From: an uncultured bacterium
GTDB taxonomy: Bacteria > Chloroflexota > UBA5177 > JANWHV01
Assembly: GCA_963729625.1 (NCBI GenBank)
Contig: CAVSOU010000014.1
Location: 64,001-128,000, forward strand
Length of the DNA stretch: 64,000 nt
Direction of reading: 5' to 3'
Shown: positions 1-10,189 of the stretch, piece after piece
Position numbering within the stretch: the first letter of the stretch is position 1
Layout: each line of letters starts with the position of its first letter
Made by a program: the position numbers and the translations under genes
The notes under the pieces: model-generated
Seen by the model: only the letters and a program-made list of their open reading frames with translations
The model's database searches: none
What the model was told of the DNA's origin: nothing

Positions 1-660
1 AACTACCGTTGCGACCATGAGGGTTGGGAATAGCAGCGACAGCATACGCTGGTCCCACCTGCGGCCTGCCACAAACAGGCCCAGTCCCGTAACAAGTGCC
101 CAAACCATATGGATACTGGGCATCGCCGCGTACGGATCGTACCCGCCGAGCTCCCGCAACTCCTGTGCGGACGCGGTCATCATCGTCACGTCTTGCATGC
201 CGTATGGCTGACCTACAAGCACGAATCGGGGAGGCGCCACGGGATACCATGCCGCGATGAGTATACCGATGAACGTGGCAGCAATCGCGAGAATGCACAG
301 CCGTGTGAACAGGCGGGGCCTAAACAACAAGACCCAGAGCAGCAGTGAGGCTACCCACGGGACCTGGCCACCGGCATAGATCAGCTTGGACGCCGCCCGG
401 ACCGCGGTATCGTCAAGCAGGGGGCTGAGCAACGGCGGCCGACCGTGATGCAGTGCGAGATACTGGAGGCGAGGCTCGATCAGGATGCCCAATCGCTGCT
501 CGAGGCCCACCAGGGCCTCCGCGTGCTCATGCGCCAGAGCAGGCTCTTTCGGCACAGACCTATTGACGCGCCCGTAGAGCTCCAATGCGGCTATCGCCAC
601 GACAAGGTGCGGAGCCATGCGCGGCAGGTTCGCACTGACGCGCAACAGCCTGTGTCTCAT
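1..660 (-). CDS. PAP2/inositol-phosphoceramide-synthase-like membrane protein (3' end runs off window)
   Basis: Not in the ORF track. Manual translation from ATG at 660 (ATGA overlap with the upstream gene's stop) gives MRHRLLRV...WYPVAPPRF...YDPYAAMPSIHMVWAL, paralogous to 657..2045. Confidence 0.75.
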   Translation of the reverse strand, partial: MRHRLLRVSANLPRMAPHLVVAIAALELYGRVNRSVPKEPALAHEHAEALVGLEQRLGILIEPRLQYLALHHGRPPLLSPLLDDTAVRAASKLIYAGGQVPWVASLLLWVLLFRPRLFTRLCILAIAATFIGILIAAWYPVAPPRFVLVGQPYGMQDVTMMTASAQELRELGGYDPYAAMPSIHMVWALVTGLGLFVAGRRWDQRMLSLLFPTLMVATVV

Positions 661-2045
661 GATGCCCTTTCCCGACCAACGGCGCTCAGCGGTTGCCGCA
701 AGATCGTCGCAGGCGCCGCGTCGGCTTTTGCCACCCGGACACGAGCAATCAGCGGTAGCAGCGCGGCGGCAAGCCAGAGTACGGCACTGCCGAACCGAGC
801 GTTCGCATCGCCCGCGCCCACACATGTGCTGCCTACTACGAACAGGAAGCCGCAGTACCAGTCGGTCCTGTCAGCACGCGTGCATAGAATGTCACCATGC
901 TGGATCCGATGCCGAACGACTGGCGGCACGGTGGCCAAGCACACGAGCAAGCCAAGACCGATCGCGCGCTGCGCAGGATCGCTTGAAATGATCAGGATCA
1001 CTGCCATCGTGGCTCCGAGAGCGAGCGGGCGATCCAGGGGGCGCAGATTGGGATTGCTCCGACGCTCATGTACCGGAAATGCGGACGCGAAAGTACGCTT
1101 GTGATTGGCTCTTCGAGGGCGCCGTGCGCAGACCCTCACACGTGCGCGTTCAGCCAGAATGCACGCTACCACGAGCACCACGGACGCGATACAGTCCAGG
1201 ATGTAGTGGTTACCCGTGACGATTACGGTTGGCACCATGGCGGCCGGAAACAACGCGGCCAGGAGCCGTTGCCATGAGGATGTGGCTGCAGCGTACAGGC
1301 CGAGACCGGTCAGCGCTGCCCAGAGCATGTGAGTGCTCGGGAGCGATGCGAAGGGGTCAAACACGGACTGCCGCACGAGCGCCGCTTCTGACTGAAAAGG
1401 ATGAAGCACGTCAACGACCCCATACAGAGGGCCGGTCATGGCAAACCGTGGCGGCGCAACAGCATAGAGTGCGGAGAACGCGATCGCAAGCAACGTGCCG
1501 GCAACGAGTACGTTCCTTATCGGAGCGAACCGCTCTCGATGGAACACGTATAGCCAAAGTAACATCGCCGCCAACCAGTGCAGTTGACTACCTGCATAGA
1601 CCACGCGGACGATCTGCCGGATTGCGCCTCCGTCCAGAAGTCCGGAACCGGCAAGTGAGCCGTGCTGCAACGCAGCCCGCTGCACCGTTCCTTCGACCGC
1701 GATCCCGATGCGGCGCTCCAGGTCGATGAGCGCGGTCGCATGGGCGTGGGCGAGTGCGGTCTGGCGCGGCGCGCGCAGGCTGATGGCGCGATAGAGCTCG
1801 TAGCCACCCAACAGTATGATGACGTTCGGCACCGCCTGCTTGAGGTTCTTGCAGCACGCACACACGAGTGGCATGCGTGATGAGCGTTTGTACGAACGCA
1901 TCTCGCAGTTGCTCTTGCCGCGAGCCAGCAGGCGCGCGATCGCACCGGGGAAGTCTTTCGGGCTTCGACGCTGCGATTCGGTGCCGGCACTCAGCGGCAG
2001 CATTGTTGGCTCGCCCGCGTCGTCCCGCTGCCGAGAGATAGACAC
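657..2045 (-). CDS. PAP2/IPC-synthase-like (PAP2_3) membrane protein with extra C-terminal TM region; start uncertain (possibly ~1901)
   Basis: Motifs AVAPPRF, FASLPSTHMLWA, TGNHYILD; multiple TM helices. Confidence 0.75.
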   Translation of the reverse strand: MSISRQRDDAGEPTMLPLSAGTESQRRSPKDFPGAIARLLARGKSNCEMRSYKRSSRMPLVCACCKNLKQAVPNVIILLGGYELYRAISLRAPRQTALAHAHATALIDLERRIGIAVEGTVQRAALQHGSLAGSGLLDGGAIRQIVRVVYAGSQLHWLAAMLLWLYVFHRERFAPIRNVLVAGTLLAIAFSALYAVAPPRFAMTGPLYGVVDVLHPFQSEAALVRQSVFDPFASLPSTHMLWAALTGLGLYAAATSSWQRLLAALFPAAMVPTVIVTGNHYILDCIASVVLVVACILAERARVRVCARRPRRANHKRTFASAFPVHERRSNPNLRPLDRPLALGATMAVILIISSDPAQRAIGLGLLVCLATVPPVVRHRIQHGDILCTRADRTDWYCGFLFVVGSTCVGAGDANARFGSAVLWLAAALLPLIARVRVAKADAAPATILRQPLSAVGRERAS

Positions 2046-2517
2046 CTCAGGGCGTGGCTACATGCGCATCGCGATAAGCGGCCAAGCATGGGCAAGCCAC
2101 GGTTCAAGCAACTCATATCCTGATGCCCAAAACTCCACATTGGTTTCGCGCCGGATACCAGTATCAGTTAACCATGTGTCGAGCCTCAATTGTATTACCC
2201 ATTCGTGTGTTCGCGTTTCAGGGGGACGACAACGACCGCGATGCGCAGCACGTCGCACATGACGCTCGCGCGATCATGGCGGGTGTCAAGCTGCGGAATC
2301 GTGTTTCCGGCAGAGGCGGCCAGGCCATAGCCGAGCTGACGGTCGACAATTTGTGCTTCAGCCGGCCGCGCACAACAGTTCGCGTGCGTCACTCACCCAT
2401 GCCTTCATCCGCAGGGTCAACGTCCTGCCGCGCCTTAAGCAACCCGGCCCGAACCATCGGTTGCTTGTCTCCTCTGTGCCGGTCGGGATTGCTCGGGCGG
2501 GCTCCGTCGACCGCCCG

Positions 2518-3486
2518 TCACTTAATGGCGAGGGCGTTGGCCGGCGATCCTGAGCCGCCGATCTTGTTCAGCGGCGCCGCAGTAAACAATCCCTCGTACA
2601 CCCTGTCCGTAGCGCAATGCTGGGCGAGAGCGTCTAATACGAATAGCTCACCCACCGCGAGGCCCAGGAGTGGGATCATATGATAGTGCAAGAACCCGTC
2701 GACGCTGCGCACATCCGGAGGCAGCGACTCGACCGTGGGGCAGTCTGCCGCAACAGCCGCAAGATGATGATCCCAGAGCCACGCGAGCGTACAGTCCTCT
2801 CGAGAAAGCCCTGGGGCGGGAAAGTACGGCTGCGCCGCCAGCCATTCGCGTGTTGCCGGGGACGTGGTCTCATACCAGCCGATCCAACCAAACCGCAGAA
2901 GCAGAATATCGCCGTCCTCGAGCGACACACCCTGGTATTCCAGCGTGGCGTCGACGTCGTCTACGGTCACGACCACCTGTTGACTGTTGTCGACAGAGCG
3001 GCCTTGGCTCCGATAGTAGGCCTCGACATCGGCCAATACAAATCGCCCGGCGATGCCGCGACGTCCCCAGTTATCGATGCCGTTGCGGCTGCCAGGGCGC
3101 CCGGTGATGTCGTCTATTGTCCGACCGTTATAGTAGCCGTATTCAGGATGGGCCATATGTGATAGCGCGTCCCATTGGCTCGACGCTTGTGGCCAGAAGC
3201 TATCGTAGTGGTCGTCCGTTCCCGGATGGACGATCGGAGCGAGGTCGGTAATTGTGTGTTTTAGGGCGCGCCGGCCAAGGATCGGCGGGTTTGGCATTTC
3301 GAGGTCCCAGTTCAACGAGAAGACACGCCCTTTGCGCACCAGCGCGGCAGCACGGCGCACACGCTCGGGTGTGAGCAGATTGATGGTGCCAACTTCGTCC
3401 TCGGTGCCGAAGACGCCCCACGCCGAGTGGGCCGGTTTCGAAGTATCGATCGGCAGGCTCGCGTAGGTCGGCAGATTTGTGGTCAT
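2518..3486 (-). CDS. Cyclase family (kynurenine-formamidase-like) metal-dependent hydrolase
   Basis: WG..DEVGTINLLTP, SSQWDALSH, GDILLLRFG, GELFVLDAL, GGSGSPANALAI. Confidence 0.85.
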   Translation of the reverse strand: MTTNLPTYASLPIDTSKPAHSAWGVFGTEDEVGTINLLTPERVRRAAALVRKGRVFSLNWDLEMPNPPILGRRALKHTITDLAPIVHPGTDDHYDSFWPQASSQWDALSHMAHPEYGYYNGRTIDDITGRPGSRNGIDNWGRRGIAGRFVLADVEAYYRSQGRSVDNSQQVVVTVDDVDATLEYQGVSLEDGDILLLRFGWIGWYETTSPATREWLAAQPYFPAPGLSREDCTLAWLWDHHLAAVAADCPTVESLPPDVRSVDGFLHYHMIPLLGLAVGELFVLDALAQHCATDRVYEGLFTAAPLNKIGGSGSPANALAIK

Positions 3487-3549
3487 ACCCAACGCAGTAA
3501 CCCTCTCGTCACACTTGTTCTTCTCAACAACGGCGCTTGCCAGAGCGCG

Positions 3550-4338
3550 TCACTCCCGGTAGGCGGACAAAGCGCCAGTAATGTATGCCACGACCTCCTC
3601 GGCTGTGGTGCTCTTCTTCGGGAGATCCGCAACTTTTTGTCCACGGCGGAACACGACAACCCGGTTGCAGACCGACCACAGGTGTTCCATGTTGTGACTG
3701 ACGATGACCATGGCGATGCCGCGTTCGGCCATGCGTTCAATCAGCGACAGAACCTCGCGCGACTCGCGAACCCCCAGAGCCGCGGTGGGCTCGTCGAGCA
3801 GCATGCAGCGTTGACCCCAGAATGCTCCTCGCGCGATTGCCACGGCCTGGCGCTGGCCGCCCGACATCCGGTTGAGCGTGTTGGAGCGAAGGTCCGGAAT
3901 GCTGATGCTCAGCTCGGCAAGCGATGCAGCTGCCGCGGCGGCCATGGCTCGTTTGCGCATGGCAAGAAACGGCCGCATCCACCCCTGATAGACCGTCTCG
4001 CGCCCAAGGAAGAAGTTCTCGGCCACTGTAAACGAGCCCAACAGCGCGAGATCCTGATACACCGTCTCGATACCGTATTGGCGCGCATCGGCCGGCGAGG
4101 CAAGCGTCACCGGGACGCCATTTATAGCGATGTTCCCATGCGTCGGCATATAGACACCGGAGAGGATCTTGACGAAGGTTGACTTACCGGCGCCATTGTC
4201 TCCTACCAGACCCACGATGTCGTGATCCCAAACATCGAGCGAGACGTCATCTAGGGCCTGCACGCCGCCGAAGCGTTTGGAGATCGCGCTCGCGCGCACC
4301 AACGGGAGTGCGCCGGCGGACACATTCTCTTCTACCAT
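3550..4338 (-). CDS. Sugar ABC transporter ATP-binding protein
   Basis: Walker A GDNGAGKST, signature MSGGQRQ, Walker B LLDEPT, VYQDLAL. Confidence 0.93.
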   Translation of the reverse strand: MVEENVSAGALPLVRASAISKRFGGVQALDDVSLDVWDHDIVGLVGDNGAGKSTFVKILSGVYMPTHGNIAINGVPVTLASPADARQYGIETVYQDLALLGSFTVAENFFLGRETVYQGWMRPFLAMRKRAMAAAAAASLAELSISIPDLRSNTLNRMSGGQRQAVAIARGAFWGQRCMLLDEPTAALGVRESREVLSLIERMAERGIAMVIVSHNMEHLWSVCNRVVVFRRGQKVADLPKKSTTAEEVVAYITGALSAYRE

Positions 4339-4438
4339 CTGGGTACTCCCGTCTCGGCCTTGAGCGCAAACTGGATAGTCGCGCGTGACGGCGTCGTATC
4401 TCGACCTGGACAGGTCATGTTCGGGTCGTCGCACATGG

Positions 4439-5500
4439 TCATCCGCCTGACCGCGCGTAGCGCCTCCCCAATGTGCTGAGGGCAACGGCTACTACCAGCA
4501 GGCCTCCCGACAACATGTACTGAGCGAACGTCGAGGTACCAACGATAGCCAGCCCGTTGAATCCGACCGCCACGGTGATCACGCCGATGGCCGTCCCTAC
4601 CACGTGGAACTGGCCGTCGCGCAAGGCCGCCGAACCCAGGAAGGCGGCGGCATACGCTTGCAGCATATAGGCGTCGCCGGCGGTTGTGTCTCCACTGCCC
4701 AGGACAGACGCGGTCAAAATGCCGGTGGCGGCCGCGCAGACGCCCGCTATCGCGAAGGCCGCGATGCGCACGCCGTCCACACGGATGCCATAGCGCCGCG
4801 CGATGTCCGGATCGTCGCCTACTGCCCTGAAATGCTGGCTGAAAATCATGACATTAAGCAAGTACCAAGCCAGGGCAAGCACGACGAGCATGATGATGAT
4901 GGGATTCGGAATCCCCAGGGTGCTCCCCAGGCCGATTTGCACGAAGGACTGCGCAGAGGTCTTCAGGTCGACCGGGACGCCACCAGTGTAGGCATAGTTG
5001 AGTCCGACGATCAGCGTTCCGGTGCCCAGCGTAGCAATGAACGCGTTCACACCGAGCTTCGTCACGATGAATCCGTTGATCAGACCTATTACAACGCCCA
5101 ACATCAGCACGACCAGGATAGCCAACGGGATTGGCAGCCCCTGATTCGAGATCAGGCCGACCACCATGACGCACGCGAAGCTGGCGTGATAACCGATGCT
5201 CAAGTCAAAGTTGTTGGTAATAAGCGGCACGGTGAGTCCGGCGGCGATAATCATCGTGGGGGCAAGGTCGGTGATGACGTTGCGGGCGTTGCTAAAGGTG
5301 GCAAACGACGATGGTGCAAGGCTTGAGAAGATGATGATCAAGGTGCCTAAAGCCACGAGCGTGCCATAGGTGCCGAAGAAGGCCAGTAGCTGCAGTCGTA
5401 GCGACAAACGCGACGTTGCGGCCTGGTCAGCACGCGCTTCGGCCCGGCGAGATTGTGAATGTTCCACCGCCGCGTCGGGGACGTCGGCTCCGGACGACAT
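4439..5500 (-). CDS. Sugar ABC transporter permease (RbsC-like)
   Basis: FDLSIG, GLINGFIVTKLGVNAFIATLG; multi-TM; AAGGA RBS before ATG 5500. Confidence 0.92.
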   Translation of the reverse strand: MSSGADVPDAAVEHSQSRRAEARADQAATSRLSLRLQLLAFFGTYGTLVALGTLIIIFSSLAPSSFATFSNARNVITDLAPTMIIAAGLTVPLITNNFDLSIGYHASFACVMVVGLISNQGLPIPLAILVVLMLGVVIGLINGFIVTKLGVNAFIATLGTGTLIVGLNYAYTGGVPVDLKTSAQSFVQIGLGSTLGIPNPIIIMLVVLALAWYLLNVMIFSQHFRAVGDDPDIARRYGIRVDGVRIAAFAIAGVCAAATGILTASVLGSGDTTAGDAYMLQAYAAAFLGSAALRDGQFHVVGTAIGVITVAVGFNGLAIVGTSTFAQYMLSGGLLVVAVALSTLGRRYARSGG

Positions 5501-5640
5501 GCCTAGATTCCTTTCACAGCCTGGGACAAGTGGAAGGTCGACGGCCTGAGCCCGCCGCAGGCTCAGGCCGTGTCGATCGGGTGGCGGCCGAGCGCACGAA
5601 TGCCATGCATTCGACGACGCCACACCTGCGTCAGCGCATC

Positions 5641-6609
5641 TTACTTGATCTCAGGGTGGGCCTTGATGAACGAAGCGACGTTGTGCTTCGACACCAACAC
5701 GTAGACTTCTGGTATTGTGACGGGCACCCACTTAGAACCCTTGGCAGTAATAGCCGGAATGGCATCCACTAGCTTGCGACCCGTGCCCTGCAGATCGTGC
5801 CAGAGCGTAGCGGTCATCCAGCCAGCCTGAACCGCCTGCAGCGCGGGTGCGGTAGCGTTGAAGCTATAGACCTTGACACCTGTCCGGCCTGTTTGCTTCA
5901 GCGCCGCGATCGCTCCGAGAGCATTGTCGTCGTAGCAGTTATAGATCGCGAAGTTCTGTGCGCTGGACGCGGGGTTGGCGGCGAGCCAGGACAGCGTAAA
6001 GGACTTGGAGGTTTCCGCCGCGCCAGGAATCCTGATTTCATGTGAAGTCAACTGGATGCCAGGGTATTGCTTGACGGTCTGCTCGAGGTACGTGGCGCGC
6101 TCGAAACAAGGCAACCCAGGATGCCAGGTCAGGTTCAGCACCCTTCCCTTGCCCCCGTTGTCCTTGAGCAGCATGGCCACAACCGGATCGGGCGTGCCAT
6201 CGTCAGTATTCATGGAGATGCCAGGCGCCATGCCCCCGCCCAGCGTCAGCACCGGAATGCCGGCGGACTTGGCTGCGGTCAGCCCCTGGGTCAAGCCTTT
6301 GGAGCTAAAGGTCGTGATGAGAACGGCTGTAACACCCTTCTGCACGAGATCCGTGATCGCGATGTTTCCCTGCGTCAAGCTCCCGTTTGAGTCGATGGTT
6401 TGTACGGCATACCCTTTTGTCTTCGCGTACGCGGTCGTCGCGTAAACCATATTCTGCGTATCTTCATCCGACGCCGACATGGTTACAATGCCGAGCGACA
6501 ACCCGCCCTTGGCCGCAACCTGGTGGGGCGCGGTCGAAATGCCGCCCGCAACTAGCAAGCAAACAGCAACGGTCCTCAATACCGTTCGGCCACTATACAA
6601 TCCAAGCAC
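5641..6609 (-). CDS. Sugar ABC transporter substrate-binding protein (RbsB-like)
   Basis: Signal peptide, Peripla_BP_4-like fold (AGIPV, DDNALGAIAAL); GGAGG RBS before GTG. Confidence 0.9.
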   Translation of the reverse strand: MLGLYSGRTVLRTVAVCLLVAGGISTAPHQVAAKGGLSLGIVTMSASDEDTQNMVYATTAYAKTKGYAVQTIDSNGSLTQGNIAITDLVQKGVTAVLITTFSSKGLTQGLTAAKSAGIPVLTLGGGMAPGISMNTDDGTPDPVVAMLLKDNGGKGRVLNLTWHPGLPCFERATYLEQTVKQYPGIQLTSHEIRIPGAAETSKSFTLSWLAANPASSAQNFAIYNCYDDNALGAIAALKQTGRTGVKVYSFNATAPALQAVQAGWMTATLWHDLQGTGRKLVDAIPAITAKGSKWVPVTIPEVYVLVSKHNVASFIKAHPEIK

Positions 6610-6780
6610 TGTCTCGCCTCCGGCATATGCGTGCCACAGTGCACGCGTTCAATTCAATGGCTGCGTCATTGTTTGCGCTGTCCGTGATGAAATAGCCTCC
6701 ACTTCCTCCTTTCCCTGCTGGCGGAGGCCACATGCACAAAAGGTTGGGAATTCAGCAGGACGCCACCTGGTTCGGCCGAA

Positions 6781-6809
6781 ATCATAACGTTTTCCCAAGG
6801 CCATGTCAA
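6781..6809 (-). promoter_or_regulatory. Sigma70-type promoter for the ABC operon overlapped by a LacI-type operator
   Basis: Minus strand TTGACA-tggccttgggaaaacgt(17)-TATGAT; GAAAACGTTAT core resembles LacI/CcpA operators. Confidence 0.75.
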
Positions 6810-7130
6810 TAGGGTGCGATAGCCCAACCTCGTTGCGATTGCGCGGGGGACGTCGCACATACACGGTGTCAGGGCAGCACGCGGGCAGGCCTTGTCCTGT
6901 GCGCTGGCGTGCACAAGACATGTTCAGTAGCGTCATGCCACACGCGCTTCAGCTCTGGCCTGCGGCAGCTACCGACAGTCGTCCTGGTGATCGACGATTC
7001 AGGGCTGTGCGAGCAGCCCTTGCCCAGGCCCCGGCAACAGTGCGCGTTCCCGCGTGAGGCACAGAGTGATCTGCCAGCTACTCGATTCGCCGGCGCCATC
7101 CGGCTACGGCAGCGTCACCTGCCATTCACG

Positions 7131-7159
7131 TTGACATGGCACAGGGAAAACGTTATGAT
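7131..7159 (+). promoter_or_regulatory. Sigma70-type promoter for the LacI gene overlapped by a LacI-type operator
   Basis: TTGACA-tggcacagggaaaacgt(17)-TATGAT, near-identical inverted copy of 6781-6809. Confidence 0.75.
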
Positions 7160-7204
7160 GCGTGCCGATACGAATACGGCGCAGTCAAAGGGTGAGAGAT
7201 CAGC

Positions 7205-8251
7205 ATGGCGAATGAGACGATCGAAGACGTCGCCCGGCTGGCCGACGTGAGCATCGGCACGGTCTCTCGGGTGCTTAATGGCACCAAGCGGGTGAGTCCG
7301 CAAACGAGGGCGCGCGTGCTGGCCGCAATCGATCAGCTGCAGTATTCTCGCAATGCTGCAGCTCATCGTCTGCGCAGCCGTTCGACGAAGTCTGCGGCGC
7401 TGATAATGTCTCATCTGGCCAACCCCACGTTCGGACCGATTATCACAGGTATCGAGGAGACTCTCTCCGACCATGGCTACACGCTTATGCTGTGCGACTC
7501 CAATCAATCTGCTCAACGTGAAGCTCAGCATGTCGGCACGGTGGCGCAGGAGCGCATTGCCGGGCTGATCATCATACCATCTACGTTGTCCGGTGCCGTA
7601 CTGGAGCCCTTGTTCAGAAGGCACGTACCCATCGTCTGTCTTGACCGTCGACTGCACGACGTGTCGATCGACACGGTGATCCTGGACAACCGCAGGGCCG
7701 CACGGATGGCAACCGAACACCTGCTCAACCTGGGCCATCGCCGCATTGGACTGATTACGAGCATGATGTCGACGCCAGGCATCGAACGGCGTGAGGGGTT
7801 CGTCCACGCCCTGGAGGCGGCTGGAGTGCCGCTGGACGAGCGGCTCATCCGAGAAGGATCGTACACGGCGGATCGAGCCTATCAGGCTGCCACCGCGATG
7901 CTGAGCGAATCACCTCCGTCGGCACTTGTGGTGGCGAACTTCCCGATGGTGCTCGGAGCAATGCAGGCCCTGCACGAGCACGGTCTGACGGTCCCCGACG
8001 ACGTCTCGCTGGTCGGTGTCGACGACGCGCCCTGGCTCCCGTACATGCGTCCGCCTCTGACGGTAGTCAGCCAGCCCTACAAAGTGCTTGGGCAGACGGC
8101 GGCATGCATGTTGCTCGATCGCATCACAGGCGACAAATCCGGCGTGCCAGCGCGTGAGGTGATGCTCGATCCGTTCATGGTGATCCGGGGCTCGACTGCG
8201 CCGGTCGGCATGGCACGCGCGGGGAGCACCAAGATCTCCAGCACTCACTGA
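7205..8251 (+). CDS. LacI family transcriptional regulator
   Basis: TIEDVARLADVSIGTVSRVLN HTH; VPDDVSLVGVDD, PPLTVV. Confidence 0.95.
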   Translation: MANETIEDVARLADVSIGTVSRVLNGTKRVSPQTRARVLAAIDQLQYSRNAAAHRLRSRSTKSAALIMSHLANPTFGPIITGIEETLSDHGYTLMLCDSNQSAQREAQHVGTVAQERIAGLIIIPSTLSGAVLEPLFRRHVPIVCLDRRLHDVSIDTVILDNRRAARMATEHLLNLGHRRIGLITSMMSTPGIERREGFVHALEAAGVPLDERLIREGSYTADRAYQAATAMLSESPPSALVVANFPMVLGAMQALHEHGLTVPDDVSLVGVDDAPWLPYMRPPLTVVSQPYKVLGQTAACMLLDRITGDKSGVPAREVMLDPFMVIRGSTAPVGMARAGSTKISSTH

Positions 8252-8304
8252 ATTGGGGCGTAGGTACCACCCGAAGCCGGGCCACCGGCCGGACTACAAT
8301 GGGG

Positions 8305-8376
8305 CTGGGGTGCCAGGATTCGAACCTGGGAATGCCGGTTCCAAAGACCGGTGCCTTACCACTTGGCGACACCCCA
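8305..8376 (-). tRNA. tRNA-Gln (anticodon TTG), CCA not encoded
   Basis: TGGGGTGTCGCCAAGTGGTAAGGCACCGGTCTTTGGAACCGGCATTCCCAGGTTCGAATCCTGGCACCCCAG cloverleaf. Confidence 0.95.
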
Positions 8377-8385
8377 TCTGGTAGG

Positions 8386-8414
8386 AAGGTAGCGGTCGTC
8401 GTGCGCGTTGTCAA
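8386..8414 (-). promoter_or_regulatory. Putative promoter for tRNA-Gln
   Basis: Minus strand TTGACA-17 nt-TACCTT immediately upstream of the tRNA. Confidence 0.55.
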
Positions 8415-8637
8415 TGCAAATTCGCGCCGATCCCGTATGATGAATCTCGAGCATCTATTCATCGGGAGAGTGCATTCATGCGAGGATACACGTCGTCACG
8501 AGGTCCTCGAGCGCACGCCGATCCATGCCCTCTTTCCTCGGTTACGCGATACACTTGGCTAGGTTGCGGTTGGCTGTGACTCCGCCCGCTTCAGCCTCCG
8601 CTTCCCTGCATTTCGCACGTCATCACCTGGACGACGA

Positions 8638-10143
8638 GTGACGTTGCGCCTCATCAACCTGGTATTGTTTGCCGCATTGGTGCTCGGAACGTGTGGCATG
8701 GCGACGCCGCTGGCGAGGGCCGGCGGCGCGCCGATCTATGATCTGGGCGGCATTACCCTGCTCGTCCGGACTGGTGACGAACAGATTGATACGGCCGAGC
8801 GCTACGCACTTGCCGTGCTTGGGGCAGACTATGACGGCACGGTGCATACAGCGGCCACGGATTATTACTCCAATCCCTGGGTTCGCGACAGTTTCGCGTG
8901 GGGTATGTTGCCGTCGTTGCTCGATGCAAGCGTGGCGTCGTACACGTCTACCGAGCTCCAGTACTGGTTGCCGCGTCAGCAACGATTTGGCGGCTGGGTC
9001 ACCGCACCCGAATCCGGGTATTTCGACGAGACCGCAATCCTGATTTCCGCCGTGCTGGACGCATATGAGATTTCGGGCGACATCGGGCTGGTCCGTCAGG
9101 CTGTGCCGCGCCTTGTTCGCGGCTGGGCCTGGCTGCAACACAGCTACGTCAGTCCGGACCGCGGCAGCACTTACCTCCTGTATGCCAACGTGCCTCCTCA
9201 CGTTGCGACCGACTGGGCAGACCAGGTGGCGCGCAGTGGATATGCGACGCAACTCGAAGCGCTTTGGTATTCGGCGACGAACAGCCTTTCGATCATGGAG
9301 CGACTGCTGGGGAACCGCACCGCGTCAACCCAATTCGCCACATTTGCCTCTCACATTAGGTCCGACATCAACAGGATGCTCTGGACAACGGCTGCGCCTT
9401 ACGCGACAGATGCAGCCCCAGTCGGAGGTTTTGGCCATTATCGCTCCTGGTTGGGTCCTCGCGACTACTTCGAGCTCGACAGCAACTTCCTGTGTGTACT
9501 CTACGGCATCGCCGACAGTAGCCAGGCGCGAAGTATCACCGGATTCGTCCGGCAGCACCAGACCTATTTGCTTGGTCTGAACACGAGCTACGGCGTTCCG
9601 GCGAAGGTGCTCTACGGCGATTACGCCCCGGCGGATTATGCCGGCAGGCACGAACGCCTGGGCCCGGGCAAGTACCAGAACGGCTATTGGCCTATAGTAG
9701 GGTCTCTGGCCGCGATGGCCTTTGCGACGGTCGGCGACACTGCGGAATCCCGGGCAATTCTCGCACAGATCGGTGCGGCGTTCGTGCGCGAACGCGATGT
9801 TCGCGAGTGGTACACGCAGGACGGCGACGGATCGGGCGCGCCGGCGTTTCAGTGGGCTGCACGCATGTTCGTCACGGCACTGTACTCCGCGTATCTCGGC
9901 ATACAGCCCTACACCGTTGATCGAGGGGAGAGGCTGACGGCAGGAATCCAGCTGCGTGCTCCCGACGGAGGCGGCTCCGCGGATATCGCATTCCATGGAC
10001 GCACTCTTCACGTCTCGGTCGACCGATCAGGGTCGTCGCCCTACGTAGCGCTTAACGGAAGGATTCTACCTGGAACACAGGTTCCTGGCGCGCTGCTGTG
10101 CGCGGGTTGTACTTTGGAATCACGCTGGGGTTCGCCGGCCTGA
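8638..10143 (+). CDS. Secreted (alpha/alpha)6 six-hairpin glycoside hydrolase-like protein
   Basis: Signal peptide; WVRDS, DWAD, YQNGYWP, REWY, FQWAA motifs typical of GH63/GH78/GH116-like barrels. Confidence 0.65.
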   Translation: MTLRLINLVLFAALVLGTCGMATPLARAGGAPIYDLGGITLLVRTGDEQIDTAERYALAVLGADYDGTVHTAATDYYSNPWVRDSFAWGMLPSLLDASVASYTSTELQYWLPRQQRFGGWVTAPESGYFDETAILISAVLDAYEISGDIGLVRQAVPRLVRGWAWLQHSYVSPDRGSTYLLYANVPPHVATDWADQVARSGYATQLEALWYSATNSLSIMERLLGNRTASTQFATFASHIRSDINRMLWTTAAPYATDAAPVGGFGHYRSWLGPRDYFELDSNFLCVLYGIADSSQARSITGFVRQHQTYLLGLNTSYGVPAKVLYGDYAPADYAGRHERLGPGKYQNGYWPIVGSLAAMAFATVGDTAESRAILAQIGAAFVRERDVREWYTQDGDGSGAPAFQWAARMFVTALYSAYLGIQPYTVDRGERLTAGIQLRAPDGGGSADIAFHGRTLHVSVDRSGSSPYVALNGRILPGTQVPGALLCAGCTLESRWGSPA

Positions 10144-10147
10144 GCTG

Positions 10148-10156
10148 TGCTAAAAT
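10148..10156 (+). promoter_or_regulatory. Extended -10 promoter for tyrS
   Basis: TG-c-TAAAAT ~35 nt before ATG 10190. Confidence 0.5.
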
Positions 10157-10189
10157 CCCTAAGAGATTTTGCCGAACGCAAGGTGTAAA

